64,000 nt of DNA from the human T2T-CHM13v2.0 reference genome, Homo sapiens: assembly GCF_009914755.1 (NCBI RefSeq), contig NC_060931.1; one strand, given 5' to 3'. Numbering within the stretch: position 1 is the first letter of the stretch; each line of letters begins with the position of its first letter. The notes under the pieces were generated by a model. It was given only the letters and a program-made list of their open reading frames with translations. It searched no databases and was not told where the DNA came from. Below, one piece after another: positions 14,130-26,840 of this stretch. The translations under genes were made by a program, and so were the position numbers.

Positions 14130-14670
14130 AATTTACTTATATCATGCTATAAGATTGCTATAATCCAAACAGTGTGAACCTGGAGTAGAAATAATTTATT
14201 GATCTATAAATAAAAGTATGCTAAAGAGATGCTAAAATATGGAAATCAAGCTATGACACGCATTGCTTAAAATGGATAAGGAAAGGGTAGTTTACTTAAC
14301 ATGGTGGCAATGTAATTGACTATCCATGTGGAAGAAAAAAAGGAAATAGTAAGTCCATCAAAATAAATTACAGCATAAAATAATAAATTTTAATAAATCT
14401 AAGATTTAAATGTCGGTAATTTATACATAAAAATACTACAGATAATTATATAATTTTGAAGTAAGTGATATTTCTCAAAGGAAACTAGATGCTCAGATGT
14501 TCCAAATAGAAACAAAATGCTTGAGAAAAGAATCATATAGAAAGTGCAAAGTCAAATGATACTCTAGGGAAATAAAATTTGTAATAAATACAAAGACTAA
14601 ACTTGGCACTATCCAAAATATACCAAAAGTCATAAAATTGATGAGAAAGAACGAACAGAGAAAAACTGGT
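14130..14670 (+). mobile_element. Ancient L1ME/L1M5 ORF2 3' fragment
   Basis: Degenerate 'ataatccaaacagtgtg', 'aattgactatccatgtggaag' and 'aagatttaaatgt' motifs. Confidence 0.5.
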
Positions 14671-14679
14671 GAAAGAGAT

Positions 14680-15080
14680 TGTGGTAGACACTAGACCTTG
14701 CTATTCAGGTCTCTTTTCAAGAGTGAGCCTGCCACAGCATGGTCACTCTGCTGACAACCTCTTCTGGATCTGTCTCTGCAGCAGCACACCTCTTCAGCGC
14801 CCCAGGCAATAACTGAGCAAGGCAGTGTTACAAGGACTCATCATTTCTGCCCAGGACAGGAGCAAATTTGTATCATTTCTCCCTACTAGACTGACAAAGG
14901 CTTTCTCAAAGCTACACTTCCTATGAAAAGATCTTTTCTTTCATCTTGACTTTCACAGGCCTTAAACAGCTATCTTGGTCTGAAGCTTCTCTTTCCCCTT
15001 CTACTCTCTCTTCCCCTTATCTTTCATATGAATTGCCCTCAATTAATTGTTTGTTTTCTTCCAACTCTTTCATACTTCTG
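14680..15080 (+). mobile_element. ERVL LTR16-like LTR
   Basis: Starts tgtggtagacac; contains 'actgagcaaggcag...aaggactcatcatttctgccc' and has higher GC than the flanks. Confidence 0.45.
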
Positions 15081-15669
15081 TCGTTGTTCCTAAAATAAGG
15101 TTCCTAAAGCTTTGAACTTAAGAACTCAGAATAATAACCAAAAGAAAAAAAAGGCTTTTCATTAACTCTTTTAATACACTGGCTTATTATTACAGCAAAA
15201 TAAATCTTCCATGAAAAGAGACCTGGGAATTTAGGTTGTAGGTTGTGTCATTGTGCCAATTTATTGCCAAGTCAATAAACGGATCCGATGTATTAAGCTT
15301 TGGAAACCATTCCACTACTTTGATGACAGAAGGACTTCATAGTTACTCTTCCATTAAAAAAGAAATTAATTACAAAAACATTATCATAATAAATGTGAAA
15401 GAAATACAAATCCTGAAAGGATGAACATAATAAATATTTGTGTGAACCAGCTGAGTGATGTCTATTATAGAATGTTTGCATCTTGAGTTCCTTCTGCCTG
15501 AATAACAGTTATTCTTCTCTTGGTTAATTATTACTCACCTGCCTGCATTCAGGTCAAATCCCATTCTTAGTATAGGTTGGAGACCACTGTTAGGTGCTGT
15601 CATATACTTTTACTTATTAGAAGATACTGGAATTTGTCATTAAATCATAAATTTTGTAATATCCTAACA

Positions 15670-15795
15670 TGTTGCTCTCTTACAGATTATAAATTTCAAA
15701 AAAAGAGAGACTGTGTCTCAATTTTTATTGATGTACCTTTGTCACCTAACAGAAGACCTCACACTAGGAGATTCTCTATAAACATTAATTAAATT
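15670..15795 (+). mobile_element. L2 3' end fragment
   Basis: 'agattataaattt...gactgtgtct...cacctaacag...ataaacatt'. Confidence 0.5.
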
Positions 15796-16059
15796 ACTGC
15801 ATAGAAACATATGCAACGTAAATAGCATAACAATCTACATTTATGTAATCCTTTAAGTTTCAAAACATGTAAAGTATAATATTTTCTTTAAATTTCACAA
15901 TTACCATGTAAAGGTGAGCACCTTTATTCCCATTTTATAACTGAGCAAATTGTGTCTCTTAATAGATTGGCACCCACTAGTATTAAAAAGGGAGAAAAGG
16001 AGTTTTGGCCATTAATGTTCATCTTCAATTTTCTAATTCTTGCTACTCAAAGGTTTGTC

Positions 16060-16195
16060 CTCAGACCTAAAACATTAGTGTTACCTAGCTTCTTGAAAAT
16101 TCAAAGCCCTAGACAAGTTTCCCCCTCAAACCCACTAAATAAAAATCTGCATTTTAAAAACATTGCCAGGTGATTTGAATGCATATAAGCTTTGA
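16060..16195. mobile_element. MER5A-like hAT MITE fragment
   Basis: 'aatctgcattttaa...ccaggtgattt.aatgca.ataa.ctttga'. Confidence 0.55.
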
Positions 16196-16207
16196 CAAGT
16201 ATGTTTT

Positions 16208-16503
16208 TTGTTTTGTTTTGTTTTTTGAGACAGGGTCTCACGTTGTCACCCAAGCTAGAGTGTAGTGGTGCAATCACAGCTCATTGCAGCCTCAATCTCC
16301 TGGGCTCAAGCGATCCATCACAGCCTCCTGAATATCTGAGACTACCAGCACACACACCATGCCTAGCTAATTTTTTTTTTTTAATTTTAGAGATGAGGTC
16401 TCGTTCTGTTGCCCAGGTTTGTTTTGAACTCCTGCGTTCAAGTGATCATCCGTTTCAGCCTCTCAAAGTGCTGGAATACAGGCATTAGCTACTGTGCCTG
16501 GCC
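16208..16503 (-). mobile_element. AluJ
   Basis: Full dimer; perfect 15-bp TSD tgacaagtatgtttt at 16193-16207 and 16504-16518. Confidence 0.93.
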
Positions 16504-17689
16504 TGACAAGTATGTTTTAAGGCATGTTGTTCTGATCATTTTGATGAGCACAGTGAAGGATGTAGGTATGGTTGGTAAGGGTGGGTATGGAGCTAAATTA
16601 CTGTGTGTAAATAAGAGAGAGGAGGGACAGAAAGGATCAGACAAGGATTAGGAAATGTAAGACCTGTAAAGGAAAGAAAGATAAGAGACTGTGGTTTCAG
16701 AATGAGAATTGAAAATTGAGAAAGATGTCTACATAGACTTTCTTAAACATTTCAGTGTTGTATAATGTAAATTCTCTCTTCATGTCCATCATAAAAGCTC
16801 CAGTAAAATACGTATTGTTTATATTTATGAGGAATACCAAAACAATAGCAACCATAGTGAGAGTATTTTTTTTGTTGTTTGGTGTGTTTGTTGGTAACTT
16901 TTTGGCTGAATTGTACTCTACCAATTATTTTATTCACAAAACAGTAGGTTCCTAGAAAAGAAGGTACAGGAGGCAAATGAAATAATATAATAATATGCAT
17001 AAAGTGTTTTAAGCAGAGCAGAAGGTACTAGATGAAAGCATACTATTATAATGATAACACTCATGAGTCACCATAATTATGAGTGAAACTGCTTATTAAT
17101 ATTTTATAGAATGATCCATAGAAGGGTATGAGTAGAAGAATTTAAGTCTTGTGGACATTTTCTAATTGCATTTCTAATTTTTACTTTTTCACTGCCAACT
17201 ACTGTGGAGTTATACAAGAGCATAAAAACTCAAAAAAGAAAAATTTAAGACAAAAATATACTGCAATGAAGATAAGCAGTTTACTCATGAATATGATAGG
17301 TACAAACAGTGTTCCTTATGAGTTTGCATATAATATTTTATAGGCAAGGAAACCAGCATTCAGTTATAGTTACGTTCAGAAAGCCTTATGAGTCCTACGC
17401 TATGGGGAGCTGGAAATGTGTGTATGATAGAGTCTCTTACTTCAAATTCCTAGACTCTCCAGACCACATATTTGCTATTGTGAATGTTACTCTTTTAGAG
17501 AAATTGTTCAGGAATGCTATTTACTTAGATCAACATAAATATCATTTCTCTTAAATGAATATATAGATAATTCACCTCCAAAACACAGGTTCTCAGTATA
17601 TTAGTCATGTACTCAAGACACTTTTTTAAATTAATGATAGAAATCCTAATAATTAAAGAGAAAATATTAATGGATTATATAATTATAAA

Positions 17690-18060
17690 TTATAAGGTTA
17701 GACATGCTTTTAAGCAAAGCAGGAGCCTGCCTTGAAAACACTGCCATCAGAACTATGTTTGTCTTTTCCACTCACTTTTATCTGTGCTTCCTGGTTTTCC
17801 TTTACGCTTAGGCAGACTTTTACTATATGACAGTAATTAGCTAGCATGTTCTTTGGCATCCAGAAGCTTCAGCAGCAGAGAGACCCTCTCCCAGCATCCA
17901 TAGTTCCAAAATTGAGGCTGACTGCTGCACTTGAGTTATATGCCCACTCCTAGATCAAGCATTGAATCCAAAGATGTGGAATATTGTCACTGGGTCTCCC
18001 AAGGCAGAAGAGTTGGAAACTGTGTAATTGACAACACCAACAGATGAAGCCAGTGCAGGT
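17690..18060 (-). mobile_element. Old MLT1 (K/L-like) LTR fragment
   Basis: 'cttgagttatatgcccactcctagatcaagcattg' resembles the antisense MLT1K/L block. Confidence 0.45.
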
Positions 18061-20363
18061 TTGAAAGCAATCTAGTGATGTCCTACCAGAAGATATGAGA
18101 GAGATGAAAGAAAGACAAGGGAAGCAAATCCTTTAGGGAATATGTTTGCATTTTAGTACAAGTTTTATAATACTTCCCATTGCTCTCTGAGACAATAAGG
18201 GTGCAAGATTCTAATTCATCTTGAAATAGTAGTGTCTATAAATGAACATGTACAATATGTTTGTCTTGAAAAGTAAAATGTACTTCATGAGGAGTGTGTT
18301 TGCACGATGATTTCAAAGAATTAGTTCTGAGGAAATTCAAGTTTTATTCAGCAAAGTATTTTGTTCTTGGGTGGGACTAATTTTATATTTTCCTTATCGA
18401 AACCAATGATAGAAAACCGGTGAAGCTGCAAAGTGATCTCAAACCTTAATAATGTTACAATCATGCCTAGAACCTGAATATCCTCCTTTCTCCTTCTCAA
18501 CAAAAAGTTGCTAAGCTGTACTTAGCTGAATTTGAAGTCGTCACATGACGGTTTAATCAACTCTTCCTTTTCCTTTGCCAAGAAGCCATCTGGCAGTGCG
18601 TCTTTTTCACTGAAAATGTGTCCCTGATCCAATTTTCATTTGTTACCCTGTTGAGAAAGCATTCATTCCAATGGGGAACTAAATTTTAGCACTGTTTTTT
18701 ATGCCAACTTTAAGGATGAATTTTCATTTTATTTTCAATGAGTAAATTTTTTTTAAGGTTACAGAATGATTGGCAATTATTTTTTGCTACTTTTGTATGT
18801 TCTGCCGATGTTGCTTTCTTGCTACTTTTGTTTTGTCATGAACATTCAAAGACAGGCTCTTTAGTTCTTGTATGCTGGCATCTCTTTCAGTATGGTGTGT
18901 GCACAAGTCAGTTAAGTAGACTCAGCTTCACAGACAATGCAGCTATAAAGAAATGACTGTGATAAAAATAAAATAAAAGTGCATGTCAGCATAGACTTTC
19001 AAAAGGATAATTAAGATTTCTGGAAATATTTATTTTGGAAAGATAGATAAAATTTTCAAAATGTTCTCTCTTTCCATCACACTGTCCAAAAATATGACCA
19101 AACTATAATTGATTTGTTGTTCTAACAAAGTCAAACATCTTTTCATAACTATCTTGGGTTATAACAGGCATTTTATTATATTCTGAGTTAGGGCATATGA
19201 AATGGAGTGAAGAAATACAACAAAATATATAAAGTTCCTGATTATTTGTTTAACTCTAAGAAGAGAGGTGACCAGAGAAATGAACCAGAGACAGTATAAA
19301 AAATAGGAAAAAAGAAAGTTAGATCGATAGAGTATTATTTTAAAAGTTTGTAGTGTGCTACATGAAAAAAAGGCTAATGCTTAGTAAATGCAAATAAGTC
19401 AAATTGCCTGGAAAAGATTTTTCTTCCTAGGCCTGACAAACTTGTATTTCACAGGCAAGTACCTTCTCTGCTGTAAAACCTTTGTTAACCCCTTTGTTCT
19501 ACCTCCCTATATGTCTCTATCACAACATTTAGCACACTGTGTTGCCATTATATGTTTAAGATCCTATGTCCTATCAAGATTTGAACTTCTATGGTTTAAA
19601 GTCTTTGTCTTACTTTTTGTGCTAATGCCTAGCATGGTGGTTATCATGTAATATGCAATGAGTGAACACAGTGATGAGTAAATTAACAAAAGACAGCTTT
19701 CTTATAAGCTTCTGAAGAACAACAACAACAAAAAAACTGTAGTCACTTAGAGGGGAAGAGGAGAAAAATAAGAGTTAATCTAAATCTCGGAAATATGTTC
19801 TCATATAAACAGCCTGAGAGATCTGCAGCATTTGTTAAAATACAAGCACAGGTGCCATAATTACAAACCATCCATTGTCTAGAAAAATGTGAAAGAATTT
19901 GAGAAATGGCAAATTTACACTTGGTTTACTAGAGAGGATGAAAAGTTAATAAACAAAATGAGCCAAACAATCAAATCCGGAGTTAAAAGTGTTTTGGCAT
20001 CAAAGATGCCAGTTAGATTAACCAGAGAACCCAAAGAAGAAGGAAGAGACAAACTAAACATTTAAATTAAAGTAAATAAGATGCTTCTTGTATAGAATAT
20101 TAACTAAAAGCTTCAGAAGAAATAGTCATTACATCATTTAAAACTTGGGGGAAAAAAAGAATGTTTACTGACACTAAGAAAAATCCTGTTACTGGTTTAT
20201 GGATAAAAGACCAATTTTATGTGGAAAATTATACAAGAATTATAGTTGACTTAAAGCTAAGACCAACAATTTCATTTAGGGGGAAAATTGGCTATTTCTA
20301 AAGTAATATATTTTGTTTCAAAAGTCCCATTAAAAAACAGGAGTATGGGGGGAGGGAGGTGGG

Positions 20364-20373
20364 CAAGATGGCT
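20364..20373 (+). promoter_or_regulatory. YY1 motif of L1 5'UTR promoter
   Basis: CAAGATGGCT about 18 nt from the L1 5' end. Confidence 0.6.
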
Positions 20374-21770
20374 AATTACAAGCAGCTGCTGTCCATAGCA
20401 CTCACAGAGAGGAAAAAAAGGGGTGAATGAATACAGCACCTTCATCTGAAATATCCAGGTACTCATATTGGGACTGATAGGTAAACAACTCAACCCATGG
20501 AGAAAGAAGAAAAGCAGGGTAGGGTAACGGCCCACCCCGGAGCTAGATGGAGGCAAGGGAATCCCCACCGCCAGCCAAGAGAAGCAATAGCTGAATGTGT
20601 GACCCCAGGAAACCCGTTTCTCCTACAGATCTTTGCAACCCTCAGATCAGGAGAGCCCCTGGTGAGCCCATGCAACTAGAGCCTTGGGTCTGACACACAG
20701 AGCTATGTGGAGTCTCGGCAGTGCAGCTGCTCAGGAACACATAGAGACCCCAGCCCTGGGATCCCCCAACAAAGGTGACTGCCAGTCAGGCAAGGCAGGA
20801 GGTCTGTACGTACCACTAGCAAGGGGACTGAATCCAGAGGGCAGAGCAGCCTTGGTCTGCAGGCCCCACTTCCACAGCACCTCACAAGATAATACCCATT
20901 GGCTTGAATTTCCAGCCAGCCAGCCACCAGCAACAGAATGGAGCCTGTCTGAGACATTTCTACTCACTGGGTGGGACCTCCCAAGCTGAGACCTCTACCC
21001 ATCACCGCCTGCCCATATTCTATGGACAGAGCTCTGATCTCTCCCTGGGATGGGTTGCCTGGGAGGAGGGGTGGATCACCACCTTGTTTGTTTGGATGAC
21101 TCAGCCATTCCAGTTTCCAGGCTTTGGAGAGTCCTAGCTGACCTGGGCTGAGGCAGTTCCCCAGCACAGCAAAGCTATTTTGTCAAGGCATGACCAGGCC
21201 GCTTCTTTAAAGTGGACCTGGATCCATTCTTCCTTGCTGGGCAGGTCCTCCCAGCCAGGGCCTCCAGCCACCCCTGCACATCTTCTATGGCTGACAGAGC
21301 TCTAATATCTTCCTGGGATGGAGTGCCTGGGGAATGGGGCAGGCTGCCATCTTTGCTGTTTGGGCATCTCAGCCAGCCCAGCCTGTGGGCCTTGGAGAGC
21401 CCAACCTGATCAGAGCTGAAAGGATTGCCAACACAGCACAGCTGTTCTACCAAAATGCAGCCAGTCTGCTTCTTTAAGCGGGTCCCTCATCCCATTTCTC
21501 CTGACTGGGATAGACCTCCCAACCCAGATCTCCAGCCCCTTCCTACAGGCATTTGGGCCCACAACAGATCAGTACTCCCTGGGATGGACCTTCATGAGGA
21601 AGGGCCAGGCTGCCATCTTTGCTGTTTCACAGCCCTAGTGATACCTCCAGGTATGGGAAAAACCAAGGTGACTAGGTTCTGGAGCAGACCCCCAGCAAAC
21701 TGCAGCAGCCTTATGGAAGAGTGAACATACTATTAAAATAAAAACAAAGTGACAAACAACAGCAATAAAA

Positions 21771-21796
21771 CACACACACACACACACACACACACA
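21771..21796. repeat. (CA)n microsatellite in L1 5'UTR
   Basis: 13 CA units. Confidence 0.95.
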
Positions 21797-21849
21797 AACC
21801 TACCCAAAGGTCAGCAACCTCAAAGATCAAAGATAGATAAGCCCACAAA

Positions 21850-22870
21850 GATACAGTAAAAAAAAAAAAGCACAAAAACGCTGAAAATTCAAAAAGCCAG
21901 AGTGCCCCCTTTCCTCCATATGATGGCTACATCTCTCCAGCAAGGGTTTAGAACTGGGCTGAGGCTGAGATGACTGAAATGACAGAAGTAGGTTTCAGAA
22001 TGTGGATAAGAATGAACCTCGCTGAGCTACAGTAGCATGTTGTAACACAATGCAAAGAAGAAAAGAATCATGATTAAACAATACAGGAGCTGACAGCCAA
22101 AATAACCAGTATAAGGAGAAACATAACTGATCTGATAGAGCTGAAAAAGCACTCTACAAGAACTTTATAATGCAATCACAAGCATTACTAGCAGAATAAA
22201 CCAAATGGAGGAAGGAATCTCAGAGCTTGAAGACTGTCTATCTGAAATAAGACAGGCAGACAAGAACAGAGAAAAAAATGAAAGAAATAAACAAAACCTC
22301 CAAGAAATATGGGATTATGTAAAGAGACTGAATCTATGATTGATTGAGGTATTTGAAAGAGATGGGGAGAATGGAACCAATTTTGGAAACATATTTCAGG
22401 ATATAATCTGGGAGAACTTCCCCAACCTAGTTAGACAGGTCAATATTCAAATTCAAGAAATGCAGAGAGTCTCAGTAAGATACTACACAAAAAGATCATC
22501 CTCAAGTCATATAATCATCAGATTCTACAAGAATAAAATGAAAGAAAAAATTGTTAAGGACAACCAGAGAGAGAGGCCAGGTCACCTACAAAAGGAAGCC
22601 CATCAGACTAACAGTGGATGTCTCAGCAGAAACCCTACAAGCCAGAAGAGATCAGGGGCCAATATTTAACATCCTTAAAGAAAAGAATTTCTAACCCAGA
22701 ATTTCATATCTGGACAAACTAAACTTCATAAGCAAAGGGAAATAAGATCCTTCTCAGACAAGCAAATGCTGACAGAATTTGGTACCACCAGACCTGCCTT
22801 ACATGAGCTCCTGAATAAAGCACTAAATATGAAAAGGAAAAGTTATTACCAGCCATACAAAAACACACTG
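21850..22870 (+). pseudogene. L1 ORF1p remnant
   Basis: ORF 22340-22669 reads 'ERDGENGT..NIFQDIIWENFPNLVRQVNIQIQEMQR'; multiple stops and frameshifts. Confidence 0.88.
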
Positions 22871-22938
22871 AAGTACACAGATCAGTGACACATGAAGTCA
22901 TAAACATAAACAAGTCTGCAAAATAACCAGCTAGCATC

Positions 22939-25900
22939 ATGATGACAAATCCACACATAACAATACTAACCTTAAATTTAAATGGGCTAAATGCTCCAAT
23001 TAACAGACAGAATGGCAAATTGGATAAAGAACCAATACCCATTAGTGTGCTGTCTTCAAGACCCATCTCATGTGTAAAGACACACATAGGCTCTAGATAA
23101 AGGGATGGAGGAGAATTTACCAAGCAAATGGAAAACAGAAAAAAGCAGGGGTAGCAATCCTAGTTTCTAAAAAAGCAGACTTTACCAACTAGATCAAAAA
23201 AGACAAAGAAGGGCATTAGATAATGGTAAAGGGTTCAATTCATCAAGAAGAGCTGACTATCCTAAATAGATATGCACCCAATACAGGAGCACCCAGATTT
23301 ATAAAGCAAGTTTTTAGAGACCTACAAAGACACTTAGACTCTCACACAATAATAGTGCGAGACTTTAACACCTCACTGACAATATTAGACAGATCATCAA
23401 GACAAAAAATTAACAAATATGTTCAGGACCTGAACTCAGCTCTGGATCAAGTGGACCCCATAGATATCTACAGAGCTCTCTACCCCAAAACAACAGAATA
23501 TACATCCATCTTATCACCACACAGCACCTACTCTAAAATTGATCACGTAATTGGAAGTAAAACACTCCTCAGCAAATGCAAAAGAACTGAAATCATGAAA
23601 AAACATCTCTTGGACCACAGCATAATCAAATTAGAACTCAAGATTAAGAAATTCACTCAAAACCATACAACTAAAAGGAAATTGAACAACCTGCTCCTGA
23701 ATGACTTTGGGGTAGATAAAAAACTAAGGCAGAAATTGAGAAGTTCTTTGAAACTAATGACAACAAAGATACAATGTACCAGAATCTCTGGGACACAGCT
23801 AAAGCAGTGTTAAGAGGGAAATTTATAGCACTAAATTCCCACATCAAAAAGCTAGAAAGATCTCAGATTAACAACTTAACATCACAACTAAAAGAGCTAG
23901 AGAACCAAGAGCAAAACAAACAAACAAACAAACAAACAAACAAACAAAAAACCCCTAAAACTAGCAGAAGACAAGAAATAACCAAGATCAGAGCTGAACT
24001 AAAGGAGATAGTGACACGACGAACCCTTCAAAAAATCAACAAATCCAGGAGCTGCTTTTTTAAAAAAAATAAAATAAAATAGATAGACCACAGGCTAGAC
24101 TACTAAAGAAGAAAAGAGAGAAGATTCAAATAAACACAATCAGAAATAAGGGGGATATTAGAACTGATCCCACAGAAATACAACCATCAGAGAATACTAT
24201 AAATGCCTCTATGCATATAAACTAGAAAATCTAGAAGAAATGGATAAATACCTGTACACATACACTCTCCCAAGATTGAATAATGAAGAAATTGAATCCC
24301 TGAAGAGACCAGTAAGTTCTCAAATTAAGACAGTTATAAAAAGCCTACCAACCAAAAAAAGCTCAGGACCAGATGAATTCACAGCTGGATTCCAGCAGAG
24401 GCACAAAGAGGAGCTGGTACCATTCCTATTGAATCTATTTTAAAATATTGAAAAGGAGACTCCTCCCTAGCACATTCTATGAGGCAAGTATCATCCTGAT
24501 ACCAAAACCTGGTAGAGATACAACAAAAAAAGAAAACTTCAGGTGAGTATATTTGATCAATATCGATGCAAAAATCCTCAACAAAATACTGACAAACTGA
24601 ATCCAGCAGTGCATCAAAAAGCTTATCCACCACGATCGAGTAGGCTTCATCCCTGGGATGCAAGGCTGGTTCTACATAAGCAATTAATAAATGTGATTAA
24701 TCACATAAACAGAACTAAAAACGAAAGCCACATGATTATCTCAATAGATTCATAAAAGACCTTCAATGAAATTCAACATCCCTTTATGTTAAAAACTCTC
24801 AATAAACTATTGAAGGAATATAATTCAAAATAGTATAAGCCATATATGACAAACCCACAGCCAATATTATACAGAATGGGTAAAAACTGGAAGTATTCCC
24901 ACTGAAAACTGGCACAAGACAAGATTTACCTCTTTTACCACTCTTATTCAACATAGTATTGGAAGTTCTGGCCAGGACATTCAGGCAAGAGAAAGACATA
25001 AAGGGTATTCAAAGTGGAAGAGAGGAAGACAAATTATCTTTGTTTGCAAATGACATGATCTTATACTTAGAAAACCCCATCAGCTCAGCCCAAAAGCATC
25101 TTAAGCTGATGAGCAACTTCAGCAAAGTCTTCAAATACAAAACCAATGTGCAAAAATTACCAGCATTACTATACACCAACAAAAGGCAAGCCAAGAGCCA
25201 AATCATAAATGAACTCCCATTCACAATTGGCACAAAAAAATAAAATACCTAGGAATTCAGGTAACAAGAGAAGTGGAGGACCTCTTCAAGGAAAACTATA
25301 AGCCACTGCTCAAAGCAATCAGAGATGACACAAACAAATGGAAAAAACATTCCACGCTCATGTATAGTAAGAATCGGTATCTTGAAAATGGTCATACTGC
25401 CCAAAGCAATTATAGATTGAGCACTATCCCCATTAAATTACCATTGATATTCTTCACAGAATTAGAAAAAGAAAACTATTCTAAAATTTACATGGAACCA
25501 AAAAACAGCCCATATAGCCAAGGCAATCCTAAGCAAAAAGAACAAAGCTAGAGGCATCACTCTCCCCAACTTCAAACTATAATACAAAGCTATAGCAACA
25601 AAAACAGCATGGTACTAGAAGGAGAATAGACCCATAGATCAATGGAACAGAATAGAGAACCCAGAAATAAGACCACACACCTAAAACCATCTGATCTTCC
25701 ACAAAGCTGACAAAAATAAGCAATGAGGAAAGGATTCTCTATCTAATGTCCTGTGCTGGGAGAACTGGCTAGCCATATGCAGAAAATTGAAACTGGACCC
25801 ATTCCTTACACCACACACAAAATTCAACTCAAGACTGATTAAAGACTTAAAAGTAAAACCCTAAACTATAAAAACCCTAGAGTAAAATCAAGGAAATACC

Positions 25901-26840
25901 ATTAAGGATATAGGCACAGGAAAAGATTTCAAAATGAAGACACCAAAAGCAATTGCAACAAAAGCAGAAGTTGACAAATGGGAGCTATTTAAAGTAAAGA
26001 GTTTCTGCACAGCAAAAGAAACTATCTTTTGAAAATGGCCATACTGCCCAAAGCAATTATAGACGCAATGCTATTCCCATTAAATTCCCATTGATATTCT
26101 TCACATAATTAGAAAAAAAAACCTATTTTCTATATTTTTTCCATTTGTTTGTGTCATCTCTGATTTCTTTGAGCAGTGGTTTATAGTTCTCCTTGAAGAT
26201 GTCCTCCACTTCTCTTGTTAGCTGAATTCATAGGTATATTTTTTTGTGGCAATTTCAAATGGGAGTTCATTTATGATTTGGCTCTTGGCTTGCCTGTTTT
26301 TGGTGTATAGTAATGCTAGTCAATTTTGCACATTGATAAACAATTTTGCACATTGATAAATTGGTAAACAGACAACCTACAGAATGGGAGAAATTTTTTG
26401 CAATCTATCCACCTGACAAAGATCTAATATCTAGCATCTACAAGGAACTTAAACAAATTTACAAGAAAACAATACAAACCTATTAAAAAGTGGGCAAAGA
26501 ACATGAACAAACACTTCTCAAAAGAAGACATTTATGCGACGAACAAACATTTGAGGAAAAGCTCAACATCACTGTGCATTAGAGAAATGCAAATCAAACC
26601 ATAATGAGATGTCATCTCACACCACTAAGAATGGCTATCAGAAAGTCTGTCCAGGGATCCCATTACTGAGTATATACCCAAAGGAATATAAATTTTGCTA
26701 TTATAAAGACACATGCACACGCATGTTCATTGCAGCACTATTCACAATAGTGAACACATGGAATCAACCTAAATGCCCATCAAGGATAGACTGGATAAAG
26801 AAAATATGATACATATACACCATGGAATACTATACAGCCA
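22939..26840 (+). pseudogene. L1 ORF2p remnant (endonuclease, RT, C-terminal)
   Basis: 'MVKGSIHQEELTILNRYAPNTGAPRFIKQ', 'TYSKIDHVIGSK', '[19 protein letters not shown]', '[15 protein letters not shown]' (catalytic FADD mutated to FAND) and 'KDTCTRMFIAALFTI'; broken into many short ORFs. Confidence 0.93.
26027..26363. repeat. Templated insertion in L1 ORF2: direct copy of 25381-25483 + inverted copy of 25144-25350 + 20-bp tandem duplication
   Basis: By-eye alignment; L1 sequence stops at 'aaagaaactatc' (26026) and resumes at 'gtaaacagacaacc' (26364). Confidence 0.9.

Noticed and set aside
15533-15541. Perfect minus-strand donor CAG|GTGAGT
   Set aside because: No convincing acceptor at exon distance; isolated donors are expected by chance.
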